A stretch of DNA of 37,089 bases from Myxococcota bacterium (GCA_039208735.1 JBCCQY010000087.1:1-37089); one strand, 5' to 3'; shown: positions 26,728 through 36,882, counted from the stretch's first letter. Numbers and translations: made by a program. The notes: generated by a model from the letters alone, not told the origin.

Positions 26728-27222
26728 CTACGCTCCGTTCGCCGGCTCACCATGAATCATCTGCGCGAGGTATTGAGCCTCTCCAAGCTGGCCAATCATC
26801 CTTAGCTGCTGCTCGAGCCAAAGAATGTGGTCCATCTCGGTCTCGACCAGCAACGTCTCGGCCAGCTGCCGGGTCCCTTCATCCTTCGACGCGACGCAAC
26901 GGACGCAAAGCTCCCGTAGCTTCTCGGCAACCCGGACCTCCATCTCAAGGGAGGCTTCAAGGCAGGCCCGAGGCGACTCGGGGGTCGGGGGGGATGCAGG
27001 ACGCCGGGACAGATCGATCGGAACGTCGAGGTAGGTGAGGCGTTCGAGTTGGAGGGTGGCGTGCTGGCGCTCATGGAGCGACTCGTGTTCGAAGTGTGCG
27101 GCGAGCGCCGCATAGCCCCAGTCACGAATCAGCATCGCGTAGACCAGGTACGTCTCCGACGCGACCAGATCTTCGAGCATCAGCTCATGGGCGAGTTCTG
27201 CGACCTCTTGCGTCGTCTTCAC
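26728..27222 (-). CDS. bfr: Bacterioferritin-family protein, haem-ligand-less (BfrA/FtnA-like)
   Basis: GTG start with AAAGGAG RBS. DWGY, HESLHERQHA..LERL, LEME, KDEGTR, ETEMDHILWLEQQL and GEAQYLAQ align with Bfr. Confidence 0.85.
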   Translation of the reverse strand: MKTTQEVAELAHELMLEDLVASETYLVYAMLIRDWGYAALAAHFEHESLHERQHATLQLERLTYLDVPIDLSRRPASPPTPESPRACLEASLEMEVRVAEKLRELCVRCVASKDEGTRQLAETLLVETEMDHILWLEQQLRMIGQLGEAQYLAQMIHGEPANGA

Positions 27223-27333
27223 AGGACAGCTCCTTTCGGGGCCTCCGTATCTCTCTGGACGCGCTTCGGAACCTCTCCGCGCAGAAGGTCCACCCCACGC
27301 CATTATCTGCGATAGTGGTTCGTCGAGGGCCCC

Positions 27334-27843
27334 ATGAGTGATCCAGTCGAACTCGACGGCGACGCCTACGCGCACCTGCGCGAGCTGGCGGGACGCATCC
27401 ACGCCCGGCACGGGTTCGGACACGCCACGCTCCAGCCTACCGTCCTACTGCACGAAGCGTGGATGAAGCTGGAACAAGCCTCGTCGACCTACGAGTCCCG
27501 AGCGCATTTCATGGCCACGGCAGCTCGGGCCATGCGTCAGATTCTGGTGGATCGAGCCCGCTATGCGGGAGCGGCCAAGCGAGGTGGCGGACGACGGCGC
27601 GTCACCCTCACGGGGTTGCCCGACGCGCCAGACCAGGTGCTCGACGCCCTCGTGGTCGACCGAGCCCTCGATGGGCTGCAAGCCATCAACGCACGAGCCG
27701 CTGAGGTCGCGCTAATGCGGGCGTTCGGAGGGATGACGAACGCCGACATCGCGACCGTGCTCGACGTTACGACCCGGACCGTCGAGCGCGATTGGCGCTT
27801 CGCCACCCAGTACCTCGCCGACCAGATCGCCTCGGAGCGCTGA
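27334..27843 (+). CDS. ECF sigma factor, kinase-associated type (TIGR02999/ECF43-like)
   Basis: YAHLRELA, TLQPTVLLHEAW, HFMATAARAMRQILVDRAR..AAKRGG, FGGMT..DIA.VL..TVERDWRFA. Confidence 0.93.
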   Translation: MSDPVELDGDAYAHLRELAGRIHARHGFGHATLQPTVLLHEAWMKLEQASSTYESRAHFMATAARAMRQILVDRARYAGAAKRGGGRRRVTLTGLPDAPDQVLDALVVDRALDGLQAINARAAEVALMRAFGGMTNADIATVLDVTTRTVERDWRFATQYLADQIASER

Positions 27844-27861
27844 CCCCACGGGGACCACGGC

Positions 27862-30800
27862 ATGAACGCCGAAGATTACCAAAGGGCCTACGATCTCTTT
27901 TGCACCGTCGCAGACTTGCCCCCTGCGCGGCGGAGTGATGCGCTGGCCGAGGCGTGCGGCGACGATCCGGAACTGTTGGCCTGGGTCCTTCGACTGCTCG
28001 AGGACGACAATCGTGGCGCCACCTTCGAGGAAGCGGTGGCGGGCATCGTGACCAACGTTCTTGACCAGCCTCCCGCGCCACTTCACCCCGGATCGGTGGT
28101 GAGCGACCGCTTTGAGATCCTCGAAGCGCTCGGCCATGGGGGCGCAGCATCGGTATGGAAGGTCCGAGATCGCGTTCGGCAACAACAACACGCCCTCAAG
28201 GTCCTGCATACCGACCACCCATCGCTACGGGCCCGGATGGCCCGCGAGCAGGTGTTTCAAGACCAAGTTCGCCACCGCAACGTCGTGGCCATTCACGAGC
28301 TGGTGGACCTCTCGGGGCGGCCTGGACTGCTCCTTGAGTTGGTGGACGGGCCCGATCTTGCGACCTACCTGCGTGACCGCACGCCGACAGAAGCCCAGAT
28401 CGACGCCCTCGCGGCCGGCATCCTCGCGGGTTTGAAGGCCATTCACGACGCTGGCGTCATCCATCGCGACATCAAACCGAGCAACGTCCTGCTCGCGCGC
28501 GAAGGACGACAGTTGGTGCCCAAGGTGGCCGACTTCGGCATCGCGCGGAGCCTCACGGCCCCGGTCGTGGGCCCCGGCCTCACGCAGACCGGAGCGTTGG
28601 TGGGCACGCTCGCCTACATGGCCCCCGAGCAAATCCGGGACCCCCGCCGGGTCGGGCGTGTGTCGGACGTCTGGTCCGTTGGCTGCCTGCTTTACCGGGT
28701 TGTGGCGGGGCGAGACGCCTTTGGTGGAAGAGATAACGGTGACGTGATTTCGGCCGTGTTGGAGGGTCGTCTCGATCCGTTGCCCGAATCACTGCCCGGG
28801 CGCTGGCGGGTCGCGATCGCCGCAGCCCTCCATCCTGACCCGAAGCAACGGCCCGACGGCTGCGCCGCGCTGCTTGAGCTTTGGGAAGCCCCCCACGGCA
28901 CCCTCCTTCAGGCCGGCCGCTTGCTCGCAGACCACACGTTCGCTCCTGCGCCAGATGCGCCGACCCTTCCCGTTCTCCCCATTCCGCCCAATCGGTTCAT
29001 CGGGCGCACCAAGGCGCTCGAAGCTGTGGCGACGGGATTGCAACAACAACGGCTGGTCACGGTGCTCGGCATTGGAGGCCTCGGAAAAACCCGACTCGCG
29101 CTCGAGTTTGGAATCCGGCACCACACCGCCTTTCAAAGTGTGATGTTCATTTCTCTGGCGGATGCAAAAACGCTCGACCAGATCTTGAGCGCGATGGCAA
29201 CCGGTCTTGGGCTCCCGACCGCCAACGATCCCTCCACCATCGGAGGTGCGCTAGCAAGGCGAGGGTCCGCGCTGCTGATCCTCGACAACTTCGAGCAGCT
29301 TGTGGAGCACGCGCCCACCACGGTGAAGGTTTGGCTCGAGGCCGCCCCGACCCTAAGAATTCTGGCCACCAGCCGTGCGCCGCTTGGACTGTATGGAGAG
29401 CGCTGCTACCAGCTCGAATTGCTTACGCAAACCGAGGCCATTGAGCTGTTCATCGAGCGTGCAGGAGAGGTACGCTCCGGGGTAGATGTCGAAGCAAGCG
29501 CGAACGACCTCGCGAAGCTCGTGGACCTGCTCGACCGACTACCGCTGGCCATCGAACTTGCGGCCGCCCGAAGCCGCATGCTCGCTCCAGCGGCCCTGCT
29601 AGAACGCATGACGCGGCGGTTCGAGGTCCTGCGAACCCGCACCGCAGACGTTCCTGCGCGCCAGCGCACGCTGTGGGCCACACTCCAATGGAGCTGGGGG
29701 TTGCTCCGAGAGGTGGAGCAGTCCACGCTCGCGCAGCTGTCCATCTTTGAGGGAGGCATTCGCATCGATGCGGCCGAGGCCATCGTGGATCTCGGCTCCG
29801 ACGGAGGGTGGGTCGAAGACGTGCTCGCGGAACTCGTCGACAAGAGCCTCCTCATCACCGCCGACGACGGCCGCCTCCGGATGCTGGTGAGCGTACAGGC
29901 CTTTGCCTCGGAGCACCTCACGAACCCCGATCCCGTTGCTGCGCGACACGGTTCATGGTTCGCCAGGTTCGGCGAAGGCACACACCCCACGTTCGAGCAG
30001 GCTCGCGAGCACGACAACTTCGTCGTCGCCACCCTTCGCGCCGTGCGTCGAGGTGACGAGGCCATCGCCGACCGATGTGGCAGTTGGGCCGCGGATGGTT
30101 TCATCGACCGTGGGCCCCTACGGGCGGGCATCGCCTTCGCAGAGGAGTTCCTCGCCGCCGTGACCACGCCCCGCTACCGAGTGGCCATGTTGCGGTCGCT
30201 CGGCACCATGCTGCGGCACAGCGGAAGCGGTCAACGTGCCGTGGCCTGCCTCAAGGAGGCCGTGTCGATCGCTCGGGAGGTTGGGGCCGAGGACGAACTC
30301 ATGCGCACGTTGGTGCGATTGGGGGACATTCAGGTGCATGAGGACCCCGCCGTGGCGGAGGTCACGTTCACGGAAGCGTGGGACATCGCTCAACGCCTCG
30401 GCTCGACCTTCGCGTTCGTGACCCTCGGCCGCCTGGCCGTCGTTGCCTACACCCGGGGGGACATGTCGGTGGCCGAGGCCCACTTCTTGGAGGCCATTCA
30501 ACTCGGCCAGACTCAGCCCCCATCACGCGCTCTCACAGCAATCATGGGCAATCTTGGCAACGTCCACTACCGAAGAAACGAGTTCGATGCGGCCCGACGC
30601 TGGTATGCACGCGCCAGCGAAATGGGACGTCGCATGGGGGATTTGCGAAACACGGTTTACTATGAGAGTAACCTTGGGCTCGTGGCCATCCACCAGGTGC
30701 GCTTTGCCGACGGTCTCCATCACTTCGAAACGGCCCTCAAACTCGCGCGCGAGATGGGAGCCCCCAACATCATGGCCAACGTCTTGACGAACATCGGGGG

Positions 30801-31428
30801 TACCTACCGAACGTTGGGCCAGTATCCCCAAGCCACCGCCGCAATGCAGGAGGCGCTTTCGATCGGAGCGAAAGCCAGCCACTTTCTTCAACAAACCATC
30901 CGCACGGAACAGGCGCATTTGTTGTGGGTGACCGGTCAATTCGAAGAGGCAGAGGCCGTCTTGCAGGACCTCCTCACGTCGCGAGGCACCCACCTGGACA
31001 TCCCCGAGCGTGGTCAGTGGTTTGTGTTGCTCGGACTCCTTCACCTGGCTCAGGGCCGCACCGAAGAGGCGGAGGCGGTGTTCTTAGAAGGGTACACGGA
31101 GGTCCTACCTTTGGGGGATGACATCCGAATCAGCCGCCTGCGGGGATTGTGGGGGTCGATGCAGCCTGATGTGGAGATGGGGCGAGCCGCACTCGACGAG
31201 GCCGAAGCGCGAATGGCCGGCGTGGGCGATCGGCTCGAGATGGCCTCGCTTCGCTGCGTCCGCGCGACAGCTGAGGCACGATGGGGCGACACCGAGGCCG
31301 CACAAGTGTGGTTAGCGCGCGCTCAGGACCTCGTTCGAGACCTTGAACTCAAGCCCGAATCCGAGGTGCAGCGTTCGTTACAGGACGCCAAGGCTCGCAT
31401 CGAGGCCATCGAAGACGACGACGGGTAG
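27862..31428 (+). CDS. Ser/Thr kinase - STAND ATPase - TPR protein
   Basis: Kinase GHGG, ALK, HRDIKPSN, DFG, YMAPE. STAND FIGR, GIGGLGKT, LILDNFE, ATSR, LPLAIELAA. C-terminal TPR-like helical repeats. No TM segment seen. Confidence 0.92.
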   Translation: MNAEDYQRAYDLFCTVADLPPARRSDALAEACGDDPELLAWVLRLLEDDNRGATFEEAVAGIVTNVLDQPPAPLHPGSVVSDRFEILEALGHGGAASVWKVRDRVRQQQHALKVLHTDHPSLRARMAREQVFQDQVRHRNVVAIHELVDLSGRPGLLLELVDGPDLATYLRDRTPTEAQIDALAAGILAGLKAIHDAGVIHRDIKPSNVLLAREGRQLVPKVADFGIARSLTAPVVGPGLTQTGALVGTLAYMAPEQIRDPRRVGRVSDVWSVGCLLYRVVAGRDAFGGRDNGDVISAVLEGRLDPLPESLPGRWRVAIAAALHPDPKQRPDGCAALLELWEAPHGTLLQAGRLLADHTFAPAPDAPTLPVLPIPPNRFIGRTKALEAVATGLQQQRLVTVLGIGGLGKTRLALEFGIRHHTAFQSVMFISLADAKTLDQILSAMATGLGLPTANDPSTIGGALARRGSALLILDNFEQLVEHAPTTVKVWLEAAPTLRILATSRAPLGLYGERCYQLELLTQTEAIELFIERAGEVRSGVDVEASANDLAKLVDLLDRLPLAIELAAARSRMLAPAALLERMTRRFEVLRTRTADVPARQRTLWATLQWSWGLLREVEQSTLAQLSIFEGGIRIDAAEAIVDLGSDGGWVEDVLAELVDKSLLITADDGRLRMLVSVQAFASEHLTNPDPVAARHGSWFARFGEGTHPTFEQAREHDNFVVATLRAVRRGDEAIADRCGSWAADGFIDRGPLRAGIAFAEEFLAAVTTPRYRVAMLRSLGTMLRHSGSGQRAVACLKEAVSIAREVGAEDELMRTLVRLGDIQVHEDPAVAEVTFTEAWDIAQRLGSTFAFVTLGRLAVVAYTRGDMSVAEAHFLEAIQLGQTQPPSRALTAIMGNLGNVHYRRNEFDAARRWYARASEMGRRMGDLRNTVYYESNLGLVAIHQVRFADGLHHFETALKLAREMGAPNIMANVLTNIGGTYRTLGQYPQATAAMQEALSIGAKASHFLQQTIRTEQAHLLWVTGQFEEAEAVLQDLLTSRGTHLDIPERGQWFVLLGLLHLAQGRTEEAEAVFLEGYTEVLPLGDDIRISRLRGLWGSMQPDVEMGRAALDEAEARMAGVGDRLEMASLRCVRATAEARWGDTEAAQVWLARAQDLVRDLELKPESEVQRSLQDAKARIEAIEDDDG

Positions 31429-31541
31429 CAATGGTGCGGCGCCGAGACGTGGGATTCCCGTGTCGGGTTTCGAACATCGACTCCGTAGCAAGAGGCAGTC
31501 CTGTGAGTGCAGGAATCCATCCTCTTCGCGGAGATGCCACA

Positions 31542-33566
31542 ATGCGCGCTTCTATCCTCACGCTCTTCCTTGTCACCGTCGCATGCGGGGACTCCACGTC
31601 ACCTTCCCCAAGTGGTCGGGACTTCAACGAAGCCGACGCGGACGGCGATGGGCTGCTCGACGATGAGGAGCGAACGCTCGGAAGCGATCCCAACCTCGCG
31701 GACACCGATGGGGACGGCCTGTCCGACGGTGCGGAAGTCAACACCCACGAGACCGATCCCACCAACCCCGACACCGACGCCGACGAGCTGTCCGACGGCG
31801 AGGAGCTGACGGACCGGGGGACGGACCCGAAGAACCCGGACACCGACGCGGATGGCCTGTCCGATGGCGACGAGGTCCTGAACCATGAGACCGACCCCAC
31901 GAACCCCGATACCGACGCGGACGGCCTGTCCGATGGCGACGAAGTCCAGACGTACGCCTCCAATCCGACACAGTCCGATACGGATGGGGATGGCCTGTCC
32001 GATGGCGACGAGGTGGAACAGCACGGAACAAATCCGACCCTCGCCGACACCGATGGTGGCGGCTCGACCGACAGTTTCGAGGTGGCGGAAGGACTGGATC
32101 CCACCGATCCGATCGACGACAACGATCTCGATGATGACGACGCAGATGGACTTTCGAACGGCCGAGAGCGTGACCTCGGCACCGATCCGAACGATCCAGA
32201 CAGTGACGACGACACACTCCAGGATGGCGAGGAGGTCGACGTTTACGGCAGCAATCCGCTCAACGCCGATTCGGACAACGACACCGTGTCGGACGGCGAC
32301 GAGGTCAACCTGCACGGGACCAACCCGGCGAGCAACGACACGGACGGTGACGGCCTCACCGACGACATCGAACTGAACTCGACCCTGACCGACCCCCGCC
32401 TCGCCGACAGCGACCTTGATGGACTCAACGACGGCGACGAACTTACGTTTGGGACGCTTCCCCTGGTCGCAGACACGGACGGCGATGGGCTTACGGACGG
32501 GGCCGAGGTCTGGCTGCACGGAACCTGGCCCCTCTCTAGCGACACCGACGGCGATGGGTTGTCCGATGGCGAAGAGGTGACCCTGTACGGCAGCGATCCT
32601 TCGCTGTTCGACACCGATGGAGACGGCGCCCACGATGGCTTTGAAGTGTCGATCGGAACCAGCCCCACCGCGACCGATACCGACCTGGACGGTCTCACCG
32701 ATACGGAAGAACTCGAACAATTTGGGACCTCGCCCACCGATTCGGACTCCGACGATGATGGGCTCCTCGATGGGGCCGAAATCACCGCGGGAACGTCTCC
32801 GTTCGTTTCGGACTCCGACGCAGACGGCCTCCTAGACGGCGAAGAGGTGAACACCTACGGCAGCAATCCACTGCTTTTGGACTCCGATGGCGACACCCTG
32901 CCCGATGCCGACGAGGTGAACACCTACGGCTCGGATCCGACGCTCGTCGACACCGACGGCGACACGCTGACCGATGCCCAGGAAGTGAACGAGGTAGGCA
33001 CCAACCCCGCCAATAGCGACACCGACGGTGACGGGCTTTCCGATGGCCAGGAATGGACTCGGGGAACCGATCCACTTGGGGGGGACACCGATGGGGACGG
33101 CCTATCGGACGGGGATGAAGTCAACCTCTACGGGACCGATCCCCAGCTCGACGACACCGATGGAGACGGACTGACGGATGGTGCGGAATTGACCGTCCAC
33201 GGAACGAATCCTCTCGCGATCGACACCGACAATGACCAGCTGGTGGATAGCGAAGAAGTGGACGCGTACGGCACCGACCCCCTGGTGGCGGACAGCGACG
33301 GGGATGGCCTTTCGGACGGCGACGAGGTGATGGTCTTGGGCACCAACCCCGCGAGCGCAGACAGCGATGCTGACGGCCTGAGGGATGACGACGAACTCCT
33401 CGTCTACTTCACCGATCCGTGGTGGGCCGACACCGATGGGGATGAGCTTTCCGACGGCGACGAGGTGAACACCTATGGGACCGACCCGTTGGTCTTCGAC
33501 ACCGACGGTGACGGAATCGGCGATGGGACCGAAGTGAACAACAACACCGACCCGCTGTTCCCCTGA
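31542..33566 (+). CDS. Lipoprotein composed almost entirely of bacterial thrombospondin type-3 (Ca-binding) repeats
   Basis: Lipobox TVA-C from ATG 31542 (GGAG upstream); 28 tandem units of D[TS]DxDG[L]xDxxE...G[TS][DN]P, mostly 22-23 aa each. Confidence 0.9.
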   Translation: MRASILTLFLVTVACGDSTSPSPSGRDFNEADADGDGLLDDEERTLGSDPNLADTDGDGLSDGAEVNTHETDPTNPDTDADELSDGEELTDRGTDPKNPDTDADGLSDGDEVLNHETDPTNPDTDADGLSDGDEVQTYASNPTQSDTDGDGLSDGDEVEQHGTNPTLADTDGGGSTDSFEVAEGLDPTDPIDDNDLDDDDADGLSNGRERDLGTDPNDPDSDDDTLQDGEEVDVYGSNPLNADSDNDTVSDGDEVNLHGTNPASNDTDGDGLTDDIELNSTLTDPRLADSDLDGLNDGDELTFGTLPLVADTDGDGLTDGAEVWLHGTWPLSSDTDGDGLSDGEEVTLYGSDPSLFDTDGDGAHDGFEVSIGTSPTATDTDLDGLTDTEELEQFGTSPTDSDSDDDGLLDGAEITAGTSPFVSDSDADGLLDGEEVNTYGSNPLLLDSDGDTLPDADEVNTYGSDPTLVDTDGDTLTDAQEVNEVGTNPANSDTDGDGLSDGQEWTRGTDPLGGDTDGDGLSDGDEVNLYGTDPQLDDTDGDGLTDGAELTVHGTNPLAIDTDNDQLVDSEEVDAYGTDPLVADSDGDGLSDGDEVMVLGTNPASADSDADGLRDDDELLVYFTDPWWADTDGDELSDGDEVNTYGTDPLVFDTDGDGIGDGTEVNNNTDPLFP

Positions 33567-33617
33567 CCCAGAGCCGCACCGACGACGCGGCAGCGCGGGC
33601 TGTCGTACCATCCCTGA

Positions 33618-36269
33618 ATGGACAATACGATTCAATTCGGTCCGCACGAGGTGGACCTCCGACGTGGCGTGCTGCGCGTACACGGCAAACCAGTGCCGTT
33701 GCAGCCTCTTCCCTGGAAGCTGCTGCTGATCTTCTTGGCGCGGCCCGAGGAACTCATTCGTCGCGATGAACTGCTCGACGCGCTTTGGCCCGACCGAGTC
33801 GTCGTAAGCGATGAGTCGTTGTCCCAGGTCGTTCGACGCCTTCGCCAAGCGTTGTCGGGCAATGTGGTCCGAACGGTGCCTCGGCGCGGCTATCGACTGG
33901 AGGCATCGCCGGTCACCATTCCAGGTTCGTCCTCTACGCTCCTCGGTCGAGAGCCCGAGTGTGCGGCCGTCGAAGCGTGCTGGCAGAACACCCCGATTGT
34001 GTGCATGGTCGGCCCGGCCGGGATCGGCAAGACGGCGATCGCAAGGTCCATCGCGGACAAGGCCCCTGGCTCCACATTCGTCGATCTGTCCCAGGCCCAC
34101 GACCGCGGAACCCTCTTGCGAGCGTTGTGCCACGAACTTGATGTGCACGCCGGCTCGGGACACGACACCGCCGTATTGCGGTCTGCGCTGCGACGGCCCG
34201 GCCTTTCCATCCTCGTGTTGGACAACGCGGAGTCGGTGGTCGACGACTTGCGGCAGGTGCTCGAAGAGCTGCACGGGCTCCTCGGTCCACCCCGCGTTCT
34301 CGTAACAAGCCGCATCGTGGTCGGAGCCTCTGGGGAGGCGGTCGTCGAGGTCCCTCCCATGCCCTTGAAGACCGCTCGGCAACTGTTGGAGCAGCACCTT
34401 GCCGCGGTGCCCGACGAGCCCTTGGAACCTCTCTTGGAGGCGCTGGACTGCCTGCCGCTGGCTATCGAATTGTGTGCGCCACGGCTGCGACTTGTCACAC
34501 CGGGGAACCTCACGGATCTACTGGTCCGACGATTCGAGCTGCTGACCCCTTCCCGACAAACGGAACTCCGACGTTCGCTTCGAGCGGCTTTGGACGACTC
34601 GTGGTCGCTGCTCACCGATGATCAGCGTCGAGGGCTAATGCTGCTCGCCGTCTGGGTGGCTCCCTTCTCGATTCAACATGCCGAGGCGGTGCTCGATCGA
34701 GGAACATCGAGCTTCGATCTCTTGCAGACGCTCCGCGATCACTCCTGGCTTGCCATTCAGCCTGATGGACAGCTCTCCATGCTGCCCACCTTGCGCGAGT
34801 ACGTCCTCCTCCGCGCAGCTCCATCGGATCGTCGATCCGGCTTTCTGCGGCATGCGCAGTTCGTCGCAGCGGCAGTACCAAAGCTGCGCGCCGAAGGCCG
34901 ACTCTTCACCACCACGGAAGTGGAATTCGAACCCATCGTGGACCGGCCCTTCGATGTGGTCGAGGCCACAAGACATGCCTTGGCCCTCGGCGAGCAAGAA
35001 CTCGCGGTCAATTGTGCCGTCGCCGCGTACTGCGTACTTGTTCGGACGGGTCCCATCCCCCTCCTCCGAGAGTTGGTCGAAGAGACTCGCGCGATCGCGA
35101 CGCCGTCGGATCGACCCTTGATGGGACGTTTGCTTGCGGACACCCTCATTTGGTTCCAAGAACTTGACGAGGCGCTGCGGGTTCAGGAAGAGACGCTTGC
35201 CGAAGCCAAAGAGTTGGGCGATCGGAACCAGATCCGGTTTCAACAAGCGGGCTTGGCCATGCAGCTCTACCGGGCCGGTCGCCGAGGGGACGGGGTCGCC
35301 ATCGCGCGGGAAGTCCTGCAGGACCCAACGATGCCCGAGGCTTCGGTCACGTCCATGTGGGTTCGCGAGGTGCTGGTCTGGGCCGCCAACGACGAAGGGC
35401 GTAGCGACGATGCGCTCGGCATTCTGGTCGACATGTACCGCATCTCCACTGCGGGGGGCCTCGTTCGTTCACGAACCCGTGCCTTGCGGAGCATGGGGAT
35501 TGCTTACATCCGGACTTGCCGGTACCGCACTGCGTTGAACTGCTGCGAAGAGGTGCTGCGCTGGGTCGTACGAAACCGACGGTTGCAAGCCACGGTCGGA
35601 GCGACCTTGAACGTTGGGGTGGCCCAAACGATGCTCGGAGACTTCGAGCAAGCCCAAGCGTCGGTCGAACAGGCCATTGCACTCGCCCGCGCTCGAGGTC
35701 CCAAGAAGCTCGCGGTGGCTGCATTGCAACTTCGGGGTTGGCTCGAAATCGAGCGCAACTGTCCGGAGGCCGCCATCCCGTGGTTGAGGGAATCGTTGGA
35801 CGTCATCACCACCTTTCCGCACGCCGGCTACGAAATTCAGGCTCGCATCTATCTGGCGGTTGCGCATACCGAATTCGGGGATGCCACCGCCGCCATTGCG
35901 GGTCTTCGGCTCGCTGAGCCCATGCTCGAAATGGCCCAAGACGATTGGAGCAGCATGTGGTGGTGTTGTTTTGCCTTGGCGCGATGGACAGAGGGACGGT
36001 ACCGCGACGCAGCCGCTTGCCTAGAGCGGGTAAACGTTCGTACGTTGGCCAGCGACGGACGGTTCTTGCGGGTCAGTCTCTGCCTGCGACGGTTCTTGAG
36101 CCAGGAGCGTGGCGATGCCGTTTCGGAACGCCGCGTTCGAAGACAGATCGAAGAACTCTTCGCAAAAGCCGAGGTGAACCCATCCGGATGGATGAGCCGC
36201 TGGCGTGAACGGACCACCGTCATGAATTCCTCACCAATCGGTCAAGCCAGTGGGTCCTCGACCTCATAG
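33618..36269 (+). CDS. OmpR-type winged-helix - STAND ATPase - TPR transcriptional regulator
   Basis: FGPHEVD..RDELLDALWP..LSQVVRRLRQAL..RTVPRRGY; GPAGIGKT, LVLDNAE, VTSR, LPLAIEL; TPR-like C-terminus. Confidence 0.9.
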   Translation: MDNTIQFGPHEVDLRRGVLRVHGKPVPLQPLPWKLLLIFLARPEELIRRDELLDALWPDRVVVSDESLSQVVRRLRQALSGNVVRTVPRRGYRLEASPVTIPGSSSTLLGREPECAAVEACWQNTPIVCMVGPAGIGKTAIARSIADKAPGSTFVDLSQAHDRGTLLRALCHELDVHAGSGHDTAVLRSALRRPGLSILVLDNAESVVDDLRQVLEELHGLLGPPRVLVTSRIVVGASGEAVVEVPPMPLKTARQLLEQHLAAVPDEPLEPLLEALDCLPLAIELCAPRLRLVTPGNLTDLLVRRFELLTPSRQTELRRSLRAALDDSWSLLTDDQRRGLMLLAVWVAPFSIQHAEAVLDRGTSSFDLLQTLRDHSWLAIQPDGQLSMLPTLREYVLLRAAPSDRRSGFLRHAQFVAAAVPKLRAEGRLFTTTEVEFEPIVDRPFDVVEATRHALALGEQELAVNCAVAAYCVLVRTGPIPLLRELVEETRAIATPSDRPLMGRLLADTLIWFQELDEALRVQEETLAEAKELGDRNQIRFQQAGLAMQLYRAGRRGDGVAIAREVLQDPTMPEASVTSMWVREVLVWAANDEGRSDDALGILVDMYRISTAGGLVRSRTRALRSMGIAYIRTCRYRTALNCCEEVLRWVVRNRRLQATVGATLNVGVAQTMLGDFEQAQASVEQAIALARARGPKKLAVAALQLRGWLEIERNCPEAAIPWLRESLDVITTFPHAGYEIQARIYLAVAHTEFGDATAAIAGLRLAEPMLEMAQDDWSSMWWCCFALARWTEGRYRDAAACLERVNVRTLASDGRFLRVSLCLRRFLSQERGDAVSERRVRRQIEELFAKAEVNPSGWMSRWRERTTVMNSSPIGQASGSSTS

Positions 36270-36290
36270 CCTCGCGGCACAGGAGGTTTC

Positions 36291-36743
36291 ATGAGGAATC
36301 TGAAGTGGATTGGCCCCGCCTTGCTTGGACTGCTCGTTTCGTCGACGGCTTGGGCGCTGACCCTAGAGTACGAGGAGAATTTCAATGCGCTTCCCACCCC
36401 GACGTTCGGGCCGATTACGTCGGGACCGCTGACGTTCAGTGCGGGAACCGTGGTGACGGGAGCCACCGATCCAGACTTGCAGTGGTGCAACGCACTCGAC
36501 ATCGACGTGGCCCAAAACGCAACGATGGTCAGCTTTGAACTTTACAATTCGTCGCACACCGATCCGATTCATGTTGCGGTGTTCGACGCAACCGGGTCGC
36601 CAGGTACCGTCCTACCGGGCCACGTGTTCAATCACGGCATCCATACCGTTCAGGTGATCGCAGGTCCCCACGCGACCATCGAACTTCGTGGGGGCAACTG
36701 CGAGACGTGGATCGATGATGTTCAAACCTGGTCGTCACCGTAG
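36291..36743 (+). CDS. Small secreted hypothetical beta-rich protein
   Basis: AGGAGG RBS; signal peptide ending AWA|L; two Cys; jelly-roll-like pattern (ENFN...WIDDV). Confidence 0.75.
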   Translation: MRNLKWIGPALLGLLVSSTAWALTLEYEENFNALPTPTFGPITSGPLTFSAGTVVTGATDPDLQWCNALDIDVAQNATMVSFELYNSSHTDPIHVAVFDATGSPGTVLPGHVFNHGIHTVQVIAGPHATIELRGGNCETWIDDVQTWSSP

Positions 36744-36882
36744 GGCGATCACGACTTGCCTTGCTGGTAGGCCTCGAGTTCGTCGGGATCGAAACCGGGA
36801 TGGTCGTCGAACAGCGGGTCGCGCATGAATTGAAGACTTGAGTTCCACTTTGCCGCTCGGGGTCGCGAACCCTGTCTTGCGA

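Noticed and set aside
26728..27423. 231-aa N-terminally extended bacterioferritin overlapping the sigma gene
   Set aside because: GTG at 27222 has a strong RBS and gives the normal Bfr length; the extension is antisense to the ECF gene.
31630..33560. Periodic repeats of about 66-69 bp as a CRISPR array or DNA tandem repeat
   Set aside because: They are in-frame protein repeats with synonymous variation; there are no identical repeat/spacer units and no cas genes.
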